DNA of 64,000 bases. It comes from Hypanus sabinus. Lineage: Eukaryota. The DNA lies in contig NC_082718.1 in assembly GCF_030144855.1 (NCBI RefSeq), positions 90,148,001-90,212,000 on the forward strand, written 5' to 3'. Positions 63,051 through 64,000 of the stretch are shown piece after piece; position 1 is the stretch's first letter; each line of letters begins with the position of its first letter. The translations under genes and the position numbers were made by a program. The notes below the pieces were generated by a model, which was not told where the DNA came from, made no database searches, and saw only the letters and a list, made by a program, of their open reading frames with translations.

Positions 63051-64000
63051 ACTTATTTTTGTTGTTGATGACTTATTTTTCGGTAAACTAAAACGAAGGA
63101 AGGGAAATCCCGTATGAAATGAAAGCAAAACTCTCTCATGGCAAAATACACAGGCCTGTTCGATATCACCGGGCTTAGAAAAACTCGATTTAATGAGTTA
63201 TGGTTGTAAGGCCGTCTAAAATGTCGTTTGTCTTTAAATAACCGGTTAACCTATAAGTCACAGTGCCAACGGTCAAGTCCCGAGGTCTCTTGTCATTCCG
63301 GGGCCAAAAATTGTAGGTAATATTTCATATACGCAAACTTCAACCATTTCTCAATCTTGCCCTTTCTCGTTTAAACAAAACCCTGCGATCCAAAATACTA
63401 AAATAGCTTCTAATTGGCTGAGCCAGTACTCCGCCTTTCTTCATCTAGATTATGATCCTGTTTGAGGTATAATTTTGCCGGTGTTTGTGCGTCAAGTAGT
63501 TTTCACTGAGCATTTCAACAGTTAAGATACTGCAACTCAAACCACATATTTCTTCATTTAGGCTTCTGAACATGACTTCCGCATTTATAAATTCAAATGA
63601 AGCAGAGTGCATGTTGGATATCAGTTTATATAACTTAAATGAAAATGTTATCGACTTTAATATGAACGCGAATGCCTTCAACTTCGTTACGAAAGTTAAT
63701 TTCATTTAATTGCATTTGATCCAATGAGCTGAACTTCACAAATGCATTCAACGTTGCGTGGCCATTCCGCGAGATGGAGCAATGTGTGAGCCCTTCCTAG
63801 GCCACAAAGATCGGAAAGGAACAGACCGCCCTGATGGCATTCTGACAGTTGATGTTGCCATGGGTCTTTTCCACTGTTTATAAATATCTCATTGACAGTT
63901 ATAAACTTTCAAAGACAATTTAAATAACTGCAATTAAATTGCATTCAATGTGTAAATGGACTTTCTCCAATGCTCTCCCAACTCTTCTCAGTATTTTTAT

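Overview
AT-rich vertebrate genomic DNA, most likely a cartilaginous fish (ray or shark). That call is inferred from the CR1/Penelope/RTE repeat content and protein divergence, not proven. The window holds the conserved HVCN1-TCTN1-PPTC7 block. HVCN1 (voltage-gated proton channel, + strand) is complete: 5 coding exons, 233 aa. The convergent TCTN1 (tectonic-1, - strand) is also complete: 14 coding exons, 582 aa, including a 21-nt microexon and a U12-type AT-AC minor intron. Exon 1 of PPTC7 sits head-to-head with TCTN1 on a CpG island. TCTN1 introns carry many mobile elements with readable target-site duplications (TSDs): two sister L1 copies sharing the same inactivating lesions, a truncated ERV (env plus LTR) with a nested solo LTR, a Gypsy element disrupted by a Sleeping Beauty-like Tc1, and a ~1-kb Penelope fold-back carrying hammerhead ribozyme motifs. 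Exon boundaries were read by hand; homologies are from recall, not database searches. No wholly new system is demonstrated.
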